The translations under genes and the position numbers were made by a program. The notes under the pieces were generated by a model. That model did not search any database. It worked only from the letters and a program-made list of their open reading frames with translations, and was not told where the DNA came from. DNA of 64,000 nucleotides from Batkoa obscura (Eukaryota): contig JASVEC010000017.1 of the NCBI GenBank assembly GCA_030770535.1, positions 1 to 64,000 of the forward strand. The letters run 5' to 3'. Of this stretch, positions 62,995 through 64,000 are shown one piece after another (position 1 is the stretch's first letter; each line of letters opens with the position of its first letter).

Positions 62995-64000
62995 ATTTGA
63001 TTATATTCATTATTTAATATTAGAAATTCAATAAGTATTAAAATAAATCATAATGGTAATAATATTGCCTTATTTAAAAAAATGTTATTTTTTTTACGAT
63101 TGAAAGATAGTAATTTTAATTGTTATATTAATTTAAATAAAATATATAAATACCTTAGTCAATGAAACTAAATGACTAAACCTTTTATTAAAAAACCTTT
63201 TAGTAAGATAGGAGTAGAGTCTAACAGAGATCCTTAATTTTATAAGGAGTAAAGTAAAGTAAAGAAATGAGATATATTTCATTTTTATTCTCTAGTAGAC
63301 TAAAAATACTATTTAAAACCATAAATAAAGTACAGTTAAAATCATACTTTGTTTCTTATTATTAAAATAACATCTTTTTTAAAGATTTATTATATATTAC
63401 ATTCCATCACCTCAAGAGTACATATTAGTATCATACAAAGTAGATATAGATCAAAGTCTTTCCACTATAATAGACATTAAAATTATTAACCAAGCATTGA
63501 AGTTATCTAATAAATAAGTAGTTATTTTTATTAAATAAATGAAAGTAGCTATTATGATATTACTATTATATTATTACTTTCAAGTATTTAGAAGGGATCG
63601 TAATAGTAATTAATTGACTAAATGAAGAAAAGGTAAAATAAATTATAAGAAATTAATTCATAATAAAAACTCATTAATTTAGAATATCTTCTATAAAGTG
63701 ATTGTTTTAAAATAGTATATAAATAAGGTAAGTTATAGAAATTGTATATTTTTTCTTTATTATTAAAGTAATAGCACTATTTTTTAAAAATTGTATTATC
63801 TTATAATTTATCCCATAAATAAATATAAGGCCACAATAATATTGGGGATACAGAAAGTTCTAATTTGAACTAAATTTAATATATAACTTAATAATTAATA
63901 ATTAGGACATTATAAGTTTATTAAAAATCCTTACAGTTAAATACCTTCAATCTATCCTTTACAAGTTTTTTTTATCGCATATCGATAATTTATTATTGTC

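Overview
Left end of a chromosome from a very AT-rich eukaryote with short GT-AG introns, most likely an early-diverging fungus. An Entomophthoromycotina-like origin is inferred from gene content only. A (CCCTAA)n telomere (1-587) abuts a short subtelomere holding two inverted solo LTRs, MITEs and decayed gene copies. A core gene block follows: MIT-domain protein, PLK4-like kinase, SGS1/BLM, CTF4, a pseudokinase-SEL1-CaaX protein, TFIIIA-like, USP-like, UGO1 and HAS1. An accessory block then contains two paralogous transcription-factor-like genes bracketing a CAP gene, a P450 and three flavodoxin-like quinone reductases, followed by three secreted repeat proteins. The clearest unannotated structure is a decayed Sola2-like DNA transposon (25994-28170; TIRs, ATAT TSD, DDD transposase pseudogene) carrying a MITE nested inside a MITE. 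About 18 copies of that ~98 bp MITE are spread through the window and share the element's terminal motif. All family assignments rest on motif recognition by eye; no database searches were run.
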